Assembly: GCF_000406145.1 (NCBI RefSeq)
Contig: NZ_CM001976.1
Coordinates: forward strand, 4,579,545 to 4,611,544
DNA from: Dickeya dadantii NCPPB 898
GTDB lineage: Bacteria; Pseudomonadota; Gammaproteobacteria; Enterobacterales; Enterobacteriaceae
Length of the DNA stretch: 32,000 bases
Direction of reading: 5' to 3'
The position numbers were made by a program, and so were the translations under genes. Positions 18,658 to 28,031 of this stretch are shown in pieces. The notes beneath the pieces were generated by a model. The model saw only the letters and a list, made by a program, of their open reading frames with translations. It was not told where the DNA came from and did no database searches. How positions within the stretch are numbered: position 1 is the first letter of the stretch; every line of letters starts with the position of its first letter.

Positions 18658-19977
18658 ATGCCTCGTATTGTTTTTCATCATATTAATAAATGTGCAGGCA
18701 CATCGCTGCTCAAGTATCTACAAAACCTTTTTCCGTCCGATGAGTGTATTTACTTAGAAGAACACTACAGTGGGATGAATTCCGGCGATGTTGAATTTGA
18801 TCCGAATCGGCTGGCACGGGCGCGGTTTATTCACGATCCATTCGGCAGTTGGTACTGGCCTGAGAAAGTAGCGAACGTCGCGACCATATGCTTTTTACGA
18901 GACCCGTTAGACAGGGTGGTGTCTAACTGGTGGATGGTGCATCGTTGGACTGACGAGGAAGTTGCCGTTATACCTGATGGCGAGCTTATTCGTGATTTAG
19001 CCCGCAATGATCAGGTAGCATTTTTCAGCCACCCACAATCCCTGTACATTAACTGGAACCAAATTACCTGCCACCTGGCCTGTGCACCCAGAGAATACCG
19101 GGAAGCCCGGCGAACAGACTCCCTCAATAGTAAGGATTTTCGAGCCTTCATCCGAAAACGTGCTGAGGAAACGCTACGTTCACTGTCTTTTATCGGCTTT
19201 CAGGAAGATTTTAAGCGTTCGTTATCCGCGCTGCAATTATGGCTGTCGCTCCCTCCCGACCAGCCGCAGCCGATGAATATCCACGCCAGTAAACAGCAAA
19301 AGCCGAGCTTAAGCGAAGAGGCGATAGCAGCGGCCAATCAGCTGGTTGATCTCGACCAGGAAATCGTTGCGATTGCCCGCGAACTTTACGACGAGCAAAT
19401 GGAGCGCTTCGAGGCGACCTATGGTGTGGATTTTGCGAGCGCGGCTGAAGATAACTACCGCAAGGCTTTGATCCGCCCGGCAGGCTGGACCGTTGTGGAC
19501 ATGTCGCAACCATTGAACGGCACAGGGTGGCATTGCCGTGAGCAGAATGAAGGCAAGTTCAGCCGCTGGATTGGCCCGACGCCGACGGCAACCATCGATA
19601 TTCCATTCACGAAAGACCGGGATATTCTGGTGCGATTTAGGGTCACAAATATCCTGTCTACACGCCAGGTTGATGAGCTCATATTGAAAGTTGATGATTA
19701 CACCGCACCCCTGCATCGGTGGTCAGAAAGCACGTTCGTCGTGGTTTTTGATGCGGTCATACCGCAGCAAGAACTAGACCACACTAATGACATTCTGCGG
19801 TTGACGATCGATTGTGCCGAAACGATTACCATGACCGCCCCAGGCGATGGTCGTCAGCTCGGCCTTGAGATCTGTGAGATTGAAGTCGGCCCATCGGATG
19901 CCTTCATACTCCAGTCACCCGGCACCCCGGCGACCGCGCTGGGCCTGCTGGGAGTTTCATCCAGCAGGAACGATTGA
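18658..19977 (+). CDS. Orphan sulfotransferase-family protein with an uncharacterised C-terminal domain
   Basis: 439 aa. PAPS 5'-phosphosulfate loop HINKCAGTS (aa 8-16) and 3'-phosphate motif FLRDPLDRVVS (aa 79-89). The C-terminal part (about aa 275-420) has a GWHxxE...RW...RQLG pattern with alternating hydrophobic residues that look beta-rich. The gene and its flanks are visibly AT-rich. Confidence 0.6.
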   Translation: MPRIVFHHINKCAGTSLLKYLQNLFPSDECIYLEEHYSGMNSGDVEFDPNRLARARFIHDPFGSWYWPEKVANVATICFLRDPLDRVVSNWWMVHRWTDEEVAVIPDGELIRDLARNDQVAFFSHPQSLYINWNQITCHLACAPREYREARRTDSLNSKDFRAFIRKRAEETLRSLSFIGFQEDFKRSLSALQLWLSLPPDQPQPMNIHASKQQKPSLSEEAIAAANQLVDLDQEIVAIARELYDEQMERFEATYGVDFASAAEDNYRKALIRPAGWTVVDMSQPLNGTGWHCREQNEGKFSRWIGPTPTATIDIPFTKDRDILVRFRVTNILSTRQVDELILKVDDYTAPLHRWSESTFVVVFDAVIPQQELDHTNDILRLTIDCAETITMTAPGDGRQLGLEICEIEVGPSDAFILQSPGTPATALGLLGVSSSRND

Positions 19978-20004
19978 TGTAATAACACTTTCACTCATGA
20001 TCAT

Positions 20005-20033
20005 GGCAGAGGAGAGATAACTTCTCCTCTGCC
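20005..20033. terminator. Hairpin downstream of the sulfotransferase gene
   Basis: GGCAGAGGAGA-gataact-TCTCCTCTGCC, an 11-bp perfect stem 28 nt after the stop codon. No T-run. Confidence 0.4.
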
Positions 20034-20130
20034 GCGTACATAGGTATTAAGTTAGCCATAGCCTTTGCTGATTTAGGGGTGGTCGCAACAGGAAGACCCG
20101 GCGATGGCTAAGTAGCGATAAAAACGCACC

Positions 20131-21642
20131 TCACCCGCGCTGATAGCGCACTACCCGGCTGCGGTTCAGCAGCAGCGTCAGATAGCCGTCTTGCACCCGC
20201 AGCGAGAAGCGTTTCTCCCACGGGCCGTCCTGCACCGTGGCGAGCGCGCGGCCGTTGCCGAGCGATTGCAGAGAGCCGGCGATCGCCGCCGGGCCAAGCC
20301 CCATCACGATACGATCGCCGTCAATCACCAGTTCGCTGCGGGTGTCCGGCCAGTGCCAGCGGCCTTGCAACTGCATCACGCTGTTGTCAGCCTCCACCGG
20401 TAGGAACCGGCATGGCGCGTGACCGATTTCCCCTTCGATCGCCATACCGTTCTGCCTAAGCTTCATCGGCAGATGACTGGATAACGACACCGCCACGCCC
20501 GGCTCATCGCTGCGGTACAGGGTTTCGGTCGCGCCCAGCCAGCAGGCACCCAGACCTTTCACCTCCAGCCAGTGGCCGCCGTGCTCCGCCGCGTACAGCC
20601 CCGGCGTCAGATCATGCCCGCGCGCCGGCAGCGGCTGGTCCAGCAAGGCGGACATCACCCGCAGCGCGCTGTCGTAAGTGGCGACATCTTCCCGGTTGGC
20701 GACCAGCGCCACCCCGACCTGCAATACCGGATCAAGCAGGAAGTAGCTCTTATAACCCGCGTGCGAACCGCCGTGCCCCACCAGCAGCGCGTCGCCGAGG
20801 CGGCTGTGCGCCACGCCCAGCCCGTAACCGGTGACGCGACCGTCGCGCAGGTAACGCGGCTGGGACAGACGCGCCAGCACGCCTTCGCCCGGCCCCTGAT
20901 TGATCAGCAGCGATTGCAGCCAGACCGTCAGATCGCGCACGCTGCCGGTGACGCAGCCGGAGGTGGACAGATGCAGCCCGGCGCAGGACAACTGCCAGCC
21001 CTGCGGCGATGGCCAATAGCCCGGCACCAGTCCGGGCACGATATCAAACCAGGTTTCCGGCGCGCTGAGCGCGATCCCCAGCGGTTGGTTGACGTGCTGG
21101 CGCAGCAGGTCGGCGAAATAGATACCTTTGGCTTTCAGCGCTTCTTCCACCAGCCGGTAACCGGTATTGGTGTAGGAGATCTCGCTGCCCGCCGGGTAGT
21201 TCAGGTCGCCGTTGTCCGCCAGAAACGCCAGCAGGCTGTCGGCCGAGGTGGCGTTGTACACCGACAACCCCAGCAGCGACAGACTTTCGCGCACGTCCGG
21301 CAGGCCGGAAGTCATGTCCAGCGCCTGCCCGACCGTCACCTTGCCGTTTTCACCGGTCAACTGCGGCAGGTGTTGATCGAGACGGTCGGTCAACGCCAGC
21401 GCATGGCTGGCGGCTCCCGTTACCTGTGAAGCGAACAGATGTTTGGTCACCGAGGCGAAACGCACCACGCTCTGGGTGGTGAATGGGGTATTCTGCGCCA
21501 AATCCGCCAGCCCGCCGCAGCAGGCGGCACGGATCTGTTCGCCGTCGAACAATGTAATGGCGCCACCCGGCTCGCCGGGCTGATTCCAGGATTGCGCGAT
21601 CGCGCGCGCCTCATCAATGGCGCGCTGCCAGTGCAATGTCAT
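20131..21642 (-). CDS. S12 serine hydrolase, D-stereospecific aminopeptidase (Ochrobactrum DAP)-like
   Basis: 503 aa. SxxK (SVTKH), YxN (YTNTGY) and GHGG motifs, plus about 170 aa of C-terminal extension as in DAP. No signal peptide. The ATG overlaps the upstream ATPase stop (ATGA). Confidence 0.7.
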   Translation of the reverse strand: MTLHWQRAIDEARAIAQSWNQPGEPGGAITLFDGEQIRAACCGGLADLAQNTPFTTQSVVRFASVTKHLFASQVTGAASHALALTDRLDQHLPQLTGENGKVTVGQALDMTSGLPDVRESLSLLGLSVYNATSADSLLAFLADNGDLNYPAGSEISYTNTGYRLVEEALKAKGIYFADLLRQHVNQPLGIALSAPETWFDIVPGLVPGYWPSPQGWQLSCAGLHLSTSGCVTGSVRDLTVWLQSLLINQGPGEGVLARLSQPRYLRDGRVTGYGLGVAHSRLGDALLVGHGGSHAGYKSYFLLDPVLQVGVALVANREDVATYDSALRVMSALLDQPLPARGHDLTPGLYAAEHGGHWLEVKGLGACWLGATETLYRSDEPGVAVSLSSHLPMKLRQNGMAIEGEIGHAPCRFLPVEADNSVMQLQGRWHWPDTRSELVIDGDRIVMGLGPAAIAGSLQSLGNGRALATVQDGPWEKRFSLRVQDGYLTLLLNRSRVVRYQRG

Positions 21643-22379
21643 GCCGGTTCCTCCAGCGTCATACTTAAATCGTACAGTTCCGCGGTGTGTGGATGATGCA
21701 GATTACGCGCGCGCAAATGCTCCACGCTGAGCTGCTCCACCATTTCGCCATGCTGCATCACGCCGACGCGCTGGCACAGATGGGATACCACCGCCAGATT
21801 GTGGCTGACCATGATATAGGTGAGCCTACGCTCCTGGCGCAGATCTGTCAGCAGGTTGAGGATTTCCGCCTGCACCGACACATCCAGCGCCGAGGTCGGT
21901 TCATCCAGCAGCAGCACTTCCGGCTCGGCGATCAGCGCGCGGGCAATCGCCACCCGCTGGCGCTGGCCGCCGGAGAGCTGATGGGGAAAACGAAAGCGCG
22001 CCGCGGCGGGCAAGCCGACTTCCTCCAGCGCACGGGTAATGCGCTGTTCGGCGCGATCGAAGCGGTGCACCAGCAGCGGTTCATGCAAAATACGATCGAT
22101 GGTCTGGCGCGGATGCAGCGATCCGTACGGGTCCTGAAACACCATCTGCACCTGGCGGAAAAAACTGCGATCCCGCCGCGGCAGCTGTGCCATGCCGCCA
22201 AACTCGATTCGACCCCGCCACTGGGTATTCAACCCGGCCAGCGCGCGCAAAATGGTGGACTTGCCGGAGCCGCTTTCGCCCACCATGCCGAAGCTGTCGC
22301 CGCTCTCCAGCGCGAAGGACACCCCTTTCACCACCTCGACGCCGCCAAAGGCGATGCGCAGGTTTTCAACGTTAATCAT
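21639..22379 (-). CDS. ABC peptide importer ATPase (DdpF/DppF-like)
   Basis: 246 aa. Walker A GESGSGKS, signature LSGGQRQR, Walker [12 protein letters not shown]. Confidence 0.9.
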   Translation of the reverse strand: MINVENLRIAFGGVEVVKGVSFALESGDSFGMVGESGSGKSTILRALAGLNTQWRGRIEFGGMAQLPRRDRSFFRQVQMVFQDPYGSLHPRQTIDRILHEPLLVHRFDRAEQRITRALEEVGLPAAARFRFPHQLSGGQRQRVAIARALIAEPEVLLLDEPTSALDVSVQAEILNLLTDLRQERRLTYIMVSHNLAVVSHLCQRVGVMQHGEMVEQLSVEHLRARNLHHPHTAELYDLSMTLEEPA

Positions 22380-23206
22380 CAGGTTCTCCAGGATGGATCG
22401 CGCTGCAACACCGGCAGCCGATCGCGCGGGTGTCTCAGCGACGGCAGGCAGGCCAGCAGCCCTTGCGTATACGGATGTTGCGCCTGTAGCAGCTCGCTAG
22501 CCTGCAGCATTTCGACGATGCGCCCGGCGTACATCACCGCCACCCGATCGCAGAAATGCGACACCAGCGGCAGATCGTGACTGATCAGGATCAACCCCAT
22601 GCCGCGCTGCGATACCAGATCGTCGATCAGGCACAGGATCTCCGCCTGCACGGTGGCGTCCAGCGCCGAGGTCGGCTCATCGGCAATCAGCAGTTCCGGG
22701 TCGGGCGCCAGCATCATGGCGATCATCACCCGCTGCCCCATGCCGCCCGACACTTCATGCGGATAACATTTCGCCACCCGCTGCGGGTCGCGAATGCGTA
22801 CCTGATTCAGCAGATCGATGGCGGCGTCCATCGCCGCACGGCGGCTGCCGCTTTTGTGCTCGCGCCAGGCTTCCGCCACCTGCTGGCCGATGGTCATCAC
22901 CGGGTTCAGCGAATATTTCGGGTCCTGCAGGATAAAGCCGACCCGCTTGCCGCGAATCTGCCGCAGCGTCTTTTCACTGGCGCCGCGCAGGTCGATGCCG
23001 TCAAAACTCAGTTTGTCGGCCTGAACGCGGGCGCTGCCCGGCAGCAGTTGCATCAGGCTGCGGGCGGTCAGAGACTTGCCGGAGCCGCTTTCGCCGACAA
23101 TGGCAAACTTCTCTTTGCCGACGCTGAAGCTGACGCCGCGCACCGCCTCAAACGTTTCCGTCCGGCTGGCGAACGCGATACGGAGGTTTTCAATTTCCAC
23201 CAACAT
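22379..23206 (-). CDS. ABC peptide importer ATPase (DdpD/DppD-like)
   Basis: 275 aa. [27 protein letters not shown]. Its TGA shares one base with the next ATG (TGATG). Confidence 0.9.
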   Translation of the reverse strand: MLVEIENLRIAFASRTETFEAVRGVSFSVGKEKFAIVGESGSGKSLTARSLMQLLPGSARVQADKLSFDGIDLRGASEKTLRQIRGKRVGFILQDPKYSLNPVMTIGQQVAEAWREHKSGSRRAAMDAAIDLLNQVRIRDPQRVAKCYPHEVSGGMGQRVMIAMMLAPDPELLIADEPTSALDATVQAEILCLIDDLVSQRGMGLILISHDLPLVSHFCDRVAVMYAGRIVEMLQASELLQAQHPYTQGLLACLPSLRHPRDRLPVLQRDPSWRT

Positions 23207-24109
23207 TTAACGCTCCTTCGGGTCCAGCAAATCGCGCAGGCCGTCACCAAGAAAGTTGAAGGCCAGCGAGGTGAGGAAAATGGCGATGCAGGGCACCAGC
23301 GGCACCCACCAGGCGTTGAACAGGAAACGACGCGCGGTGGCGATCATGGTGCCCCATTCCGGCGACGGCGGCTGCGCGCCCATGCCGAGAAAGCCAAGGC
23401 TGGCGGCGGTGATGATGATGGAGCTCATATCCAGCGTCACCCGCACAATCAGGCTCGGCACGCACAGTGGCATGATGTGGCGCAGAATGATGCGCAGCGG
23501 CGCGGCGCCGGTCAGGCGGCAGGCGGCGATGAAATCGGTGTGGCGAAACTGTAACGTCTCCGCCCGCGCCAGCCGCGCATACGGCGGCCAGGCGGTCAGC
23601 GCGATCGCCAAAATGGCGCTTTCCACCCCCGGTTTCAGCGCCGCGACAAACGCCAGCGCCAGCACCAGCCGCGGAAACGCCAGAAAGATATCGGTCAGCC
23701 GCATCAGGACTTTGTCGAGAATGCCGCCGGCGTAACCGGCGATGCAGCCGACCAGCAGGCCGAGCGGCGCGGTCAGCGCCACCACCGCGATAACCATGCC
23801 CAACGTGGTGCGGCCGCCGTACAAAATACGGCTGAACACATCGCGCCCCAGTTCATCCGTGCCTAGCCAGTGCCCGGCGGACGGCGCCGCCAGCCGGTTG
23901 GATAGATTCTGAAAACCGGGGTCGTACGACGTCAGCCAGGGCGCGGCCAGCGATAACAGCAACACGGCCACGATGATAAACAGCCCCAGCATCGCCAGCG
24001 GATTAGTGCGAAACCCCAGCCACAGGCGGTAGCGCTGCCCCCACACCGCTTGACGGCGCGTGGTAGGCGTTTCGTCGAGCAACCAGGCTCGTGAGACATA
24101 AAAACTCAT
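23207..24109 (-). CDS. ABC peptide importer permease (DdpC/DppC-like)
   Basis: 300 aa. GTDELGRDVFSRILYGGR, multiple TM segments, LGDGLRDLLDPK tail. Its stop abuts the next ATG with no gap. Confidence 0.9.
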   Translation of the reverse strand: MSFYVSRAWLLDETPTTRRQAVWGQRYRLWLGFRTNPLAMLGLFIIVAVLLLSLAAPWLTSYDPGFQNLSNRLAAPSAGHWLGTDELGRDVFSRILYGGRTTLGMVIAVVALTAPLGLLVGCIAGYAGGILDKVLMRLTDIFLAFPRLVLALAFVAALKPGVESAILAIALTAWPPYARLARAETLQFRHTDFIAACRLTGAAPLRIILRHIMPLCVPSLIVRVTLDMSSIIITAASLGFLGMGAQPPSPEWGTMIATARRFLFNAWWVPLVPCIAIFLTSLAFNFLGDGLRDLLDPKER

Positions 24110-25116
24110 GTTACGCGGGGATCCAAAAGTCGATAGAAAATATCAGCCAGCAGGTTCAGCAGCACATAGACCGCACCCACCAGCAACGTGGCGCCCACCA
24201 CCGGGTTCATGTCCGCGTTGAGCAGCGCGGTGGTGAGGTACTGACCCAGCCCCGGCCAGGAGAAGACGTTTTCCGTCACCACCGCTCCTTCCAGCAGCCC
24301 GGCGTAGGTCAGCGCCAGCACGGTGACCAGTTGCACCGCCACCGTGGGAAACGCGTGCCGCCAGATCACCCGGCGCGACGATAACCCCTTGGCGCGGGCG
24401 GTGATCACGAACTCGCCGCTGAGTGCGTTGAGCATGAAGGTGCGGGTCATACGGGTGATGTAGGCCATGCTGAAATACGCCAGAATCAGCACCGGCTGCA
24501 CCATGTGCGCCAGCGCGTCGCGCAGGGCGTCATAGTCGCCGGCCAGCAGCGAGTCCACCGTCAACAACCCGGTGACGTGCGGCACCATGTCCTGAAAGAT
24601 GATGTCCTGTCGCCCCGGCCCCGGCGCGATGCCCAGCACCGCGTAAAAAATCAGCAGGCTGAGCAGCGCCAGCACAAACACCGGCAGCGAATGACCCGCC
24701 AGACAGATGACGCGAATCACCTGATCCACCCAGCGCCCTTGCCGCACCGCCGCCCATACCCCGAGCGGAATGCCGACCAGCGCCGCGACGACGATCGCGG
24801 CGGTCGCCAGTTCCAGCGTGGCGGGGAAGTAGCGGGCGATGTCGGTGGTCACCGGATTGGAGGTCAACACCGAGCGCCCCAAATCGCCGTGCAGCAGTTG
24901 ATTCAGGTAGTGGCCGTACTGCATCCACAGGGGCTGATCCAGCCCCATTTCCTGACGTACCCGCTCCACCACCGCCTGGGGCGCGTTGTCCCCGACGGCG
25001 GCGAGTACCGGGTCGGTCGGCATAATACGGCCGATGAAGAAAGTCAGTACCGATAACCCCAACAGGGTCAACAACAGGCTGCCGAGCGTACTGCAAAAAC
25101 GGATCAGTATCTGCAT
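24106..25116 (-). CDS. ABC peptide importer permease (DdpB/DppB-like)
   Basis: 336 aa. EFVITARAKGLS, VFSWPGLG. ATGA overlap with the next gene. Confidence 0.9.
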   Translation of the reverse strand: MQILIRFCSTLGSLLLTLLGLSVLTFFIGRIMPTDPVLAAVGDNAPQAVVERVRQEMGLDQPLWMQYGHYLNQLLHGDLGRSVLTSNPVTTDIARYFPATLELATAAIVVAALVGIPLGVWAAVRQGRWVDQVIRVICLAGHSLPVFVLALLSLLIFYAVLGIAPGPGRQDIIFQDMVPHVTGLLTVDSLLAGDYDALRDALAHMVQPVLILAYFSMAYITRMTRTFMLNALSGEFVITARAKGLSSRRVIWRHAFPTVAVQLVTVLALTYAGLLEGAVVTENVFSWPGLGQYLTTALLNADMNPVVGATLLVGAVYVLLNLLADIFYRLLDPRVT

Positions 25117-26711
25117 CAGGCTTTCTTCACCTGCTGATAAGGCACTTTGCTCAATACCGTCATGGTGACGCCGCTGAGGTTCTTACGACAGGCCAGCGTT
25201 TTCTCGTCCTGCATCATCAGCGTGAACGGGCTTTGCTCGCGGTGGTTGCGTTGCAGGGTTTCGTACAGCGCGATGCGTTTAGCTGAGTCCTGCTCGTGCA
25301 GCGCCTGTTCGGTCAACTGATTGAACTTTTCATCCGACCAGTTGCAACGCCAGGCCAGCGTGCGGTTGCGGGCGCCGTCGCTGTTGTCGGTGTTGATGCA
25401 GAAGGCTTCGGCGTTGGAGTTCGGGTCGAAGTAGTCCGCGCCCCACGCCGTCAGCGCCAGTTGCTGCTGGCGGGCGCGCATTTTGGTCAGCACCTGACGG
25501 TTTTCCGCCGCGATCAGCTTCACTCTGATGCCGATGGCGCCGAGCTGGGTCTGGACTGCCTGCGCGATATCCGGGTACGGCTGGGCGGAGTAGTGATCCA
25601 GCGTAATGTCGAAGCCGTCCGGATAACCGGCGTCTTTCAACAATGCTTTGGCTTTGGCGACATCCAGATGGAACGGGGTGTCGTCCAGCGCCGCCGGGAA
25701 GCCGCCCGGCAGGAAACTCTGATGCACCTTGTGCGTCAGCGGCAGAATGTTTTTCTGGATGCTGTCGTAGTCCAGCGCCCACTTGATAGCCTGCCACACC
25801 TGCGGTTTTTTCAGGAATTCGTTGGCGGTATTGCAGGACAGCAGCATCACGCTGGCGATGCTCTGGCGCACCAGATGGTAGTTGCTGTCGTTCACCAGCG
25901 GGCGGATCTGCTCGGTGGTCAGGTTGCGGGCGATATCCACGTCCCCTTTTTGCAGCATCAGCAACTGGGCCGACGGGTCGACAATGTGCTTGATCAACAC
26001 GCGCTTAAAGGCGTTATCCGCCGGGAAGTGATCGTTTTTCTGCAGGATGATGCTTTCGCTGGCTTTCCAGCTCACCAGCGAGAACGGGCCGGAACCGGCG
26101 CTGTTCTGCTTCAGCCACTGGTTACCCAGATCGTTGTTTTGCTGATTAGCCAGCGCCGCCTTTTTCTGCACGATGCTACCCACCGGCGCCGACAGGCAAT
26201 ACAGCAGGAAGGTTTCCGCCGCCGGTTTGTCGAGACTGATCACCAGCGTTTTTTCATCCGGCGCGGTGATGTGCTGCTCCACGTTGTCTTTGGTAAAACC
26301 GAACTGGTTGATAATGAACGCCGGGCTTTTATCCAGCTTGACCGCGCGTTGTAACGAGAAGGCGGCGTCGTCGGCGGTCACCGGCGAACCATCGGAGAAT
26401 TTGGCTTTCGGATTGAGGTGGAAGGTGAAGGTTTTGCTGTCGTTGCCCACTTCCCAACTGGCGGCCAGATCGCCGATCACCTCTTGCGGGTTGGCCGGGT
26501 TCGGCATCACCAGGCGCTGGTACAGGTTACCGATGATTTCGGTGCCCACCGCCTCGAACCCTTCCTGCGGGTCGAGACTGGTCATGTTATCAAGCTGCAT
26601 CGCCATCACCAGCATGGACGGCGGCGTATCGGCGAACGCGGTGTTCAGGTTAAGCCAGGACAGTAAAGGCACGGTAGCGCAACCGGCAAGAAAACGTCTT
26701 CTGGTGACCAT
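25116..26711 (-). CDS. Family-5 periplasmic peptide-binding protein (DdpA-like) with a twin-arginine signal
   Basis: 531 aa. N-terminus MVTRRRFLAGCATVPLLSWLNLNTAFA|D fits the Tat consensus (S/T)RRxFL. QNSAGSGPFSLVSWK parallels DdpA QNTAGSGPFMLKSWQ. GGGGGA Shine-Dalgarno. Confidence 0.85.
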   Translation of the reverse strand: MVTRRRFLAGCATVPLLSWLNLNTAFADTPPSMLVMAMQLDNMTSLDPQEGFEAVGTEIIGNLYQRLVMPNPANPQEVIGDLAASWEVGNDSKTFTFHLNPKAKFSDGSPVTADDAAFSLQRAVKLDKSPAFIINQFGFTKDNVEQHITAPDEKTLVISLDKPAAETFLLYCLSAPVGSIVQKKAALANQQNNDLGNQWLKQNSAGSGPFSLVSWKASESIILQKNDHFPADNAFKRVLIKHIVDPSAQLLMLQKGDVDIARNLTTEQIRPLVNDSNYHLVRQSIASVMLLSCNTANEFLKKPQVWQAIKWALDYDSIQKNILPLTHKVHQSFLPGGFPAALDDTPFHLDVAKAKALLKDAGYPDGFDITLDHYSAQPYPDIAQAVQTQLGAIGIRVKLIAAENRQVLTKMRARQQQLALTAWGADYFDPNSNAEAFCINTDNSDGARNRTLAWRCNWSDEKFNQLTEQALHEQDSAKRIALYETLQRNHREQSPFTLMMQDEKTLACRKNLSGVTMTVLSKVPYQQVKKA

Positions 26712-26759
26712 TAATCCCCCAAGTGTCTGATTTTAAAATAAAATAGAATATATTTTTTC

Positions 26760-26799
26760 TGTCTGCGGCTTGACAGACATCACAGGCACTGGCTTAAAT
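26760..26799 (+). promoter_or_regulatory. Dyad plus candidate promoter for the M19 dipeptidase gene
   Basis: Perfect inverted repeat TGTCTG-N8-CAGACA (26760-26779). It overlaps TTGACA (26770-26775), an 18-nt spacer and TTAAAT (26794-26799). Confidence 0.35.
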
Positions 26800-26870
26800 G
26801 GTGGCGCGGTGAACAAAATTTCTCCGCCTGAATGACCTGCACCAATAAGGTGCAAATCAGTTTCCATTTC

Positions 26871-26885
26871 AGAAAATCATTTTCT
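26871..26885. promoter_or_regulatory. 15-bp perfect palindrome (operator candidate)
   Basis: AGAAAAT-c-ATTTTCT, 26 nt upstream of the dipeptidase ATG. A further TGCACC-aataa-GGTGCA repeat lies at 26838-26854. Confidence 0.3.
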
Positions 26886-26910
26886 TTCAATCCAGATCGG
26901 TACTTCGTCC

Positions 26911-27993
26911 ATGTCAAATTCGCCCGTGTCCGACAAGCCGCTTGCACATCATGTTTCTATCCCTGTCTTTGATGGCCACAACGACGTGCTGTCACGCCTG
27001 TGGCGACTTCATCGCGATAACCCGACCGATGCCTTTCTGAACGGGCCGGCGCAGGGTCACATTGACCTGCCCCGGATTCGGCAGGGCGGATTCGCCGGCG
27101 GCCTGTTCGCCACCTACGTTCCCTCGCCCCGAAGCGATGCAACATCCATACCAGATGGCAACGTTTTATTAACCACCCCGTCAATGGCGCAGGCGCGCGA
27201 CATCAGCTTCTGGATGCTCTCCACCCTGCTGCGCCTTGAAGCGGAGTCCGCCGGGCAATTGCGGGTCTGCCGCAGTGCGGCGGATATCCGTCGCTGCATG
27301 GCGGACGGCGTGGTGGCGGCGGTGATGCACATTGAAGGCGCCGAGATGCTGGATGCCTCCCTGGACTTGCTGGATATTCTCTACGCCGCCGGGTTGCGCA
27401 GCCTGGGGCCGCTGTGGAGCCGGCCGAATATCTTCGGCCACGGGGTGCCGTTTCGCTTCCCGTCCTCGCCTGACACCGGCGATGGCCTGACCGAGGCCGG
27501 GCTGCGGCTGGTGCGCGCCTGCAACGCCAAACGCATTCTGGTGGATCTCTCCCACATGGATGAAAAAGGCTTCTGGCAGACAGCGGAGGTTTCCGACGCG
27601 CCGCTGGTGGCCAGCCACTCCAACGCCCACGCGCTGTGCGCCCAGTCGCGCAACCTCACCGACCGCCAGCTGGCGGCGATCCGCGAGCGCGACGGCTTTG
27701 TCGGCGTCAATTTCGGCACCTCCTTCCTGCGCGCCGACGGCCAGAAAGACCCGTCCGCCACGGTGCAGGAGATCGTGCGCCATGTAGAGTATCTGCTGGA
27801 AAAACTGGGTGAAAACGGCGTCGGCTTCGGTTCCGATCTGGACGGCACCACCATCCCTGGCGACCTGAAAGACGTGGCGGGTTTCCCCATTTTGGTGCAG
27901 GCGCTGGCCGATCGCGGCTACTCTCGCACTCTGTTGGAGAAAATCTGTTACGGCAACTGGCTGCGGGTATTGGAAGCCACCTGGGGCGAATAG
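26911..27993 (+). CDS. M19-family (renal-type) zinc dipeptidase
   Basis: 360 aa. FDGHNDV, HIEGAE, SHSNAHAL, GSDLDG metal-ligand motifs. No signal peptide. Confidence 0.85.
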   Translation: MSNSPVSDKPLAHHVSIPVFDGHNDVLSRLWRLHRDNPTDAFLNGPAQGHIDLPRIRQGGFAGGLFATYVPSPRSDATSIPDGNVLLTTPSMAQARDISFWMLSTLLRLEAESAGQLRVCRSAADIRRCMADGVVAAVMHIEGAEMLDASLDLLDILYAAGLRSLGPLWSRPNIFGHGVPFRFPSSPDTGDGLTEAGLRLVRACNAKRILVDLSHMDEKGFWQTAEVSDAPLVASHSNAHALCAQSRNLTDRQLAAIRERDGFVGVNFGTSFLRADGQKDPSATVQEIVRHVEYLLEKLGENGVGFGSDLDGTTIPGDLKDVAGFPILVQALADRGYSRTLLEKICYGNWLRVLEATWGE

Positions 27994-28007
27994 CCGGCGG
28001 ACGCGGC

Positions 28008-28031
28008 CTGCCGCCATTCGGCAGCGTTTTT
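28008..28031 (+). terminator. Terminator after the dipeptidase gene
   Basis: CTGCCG-ccatt-CGGCAG, then cgTTTTT. Confidence 0.5.
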
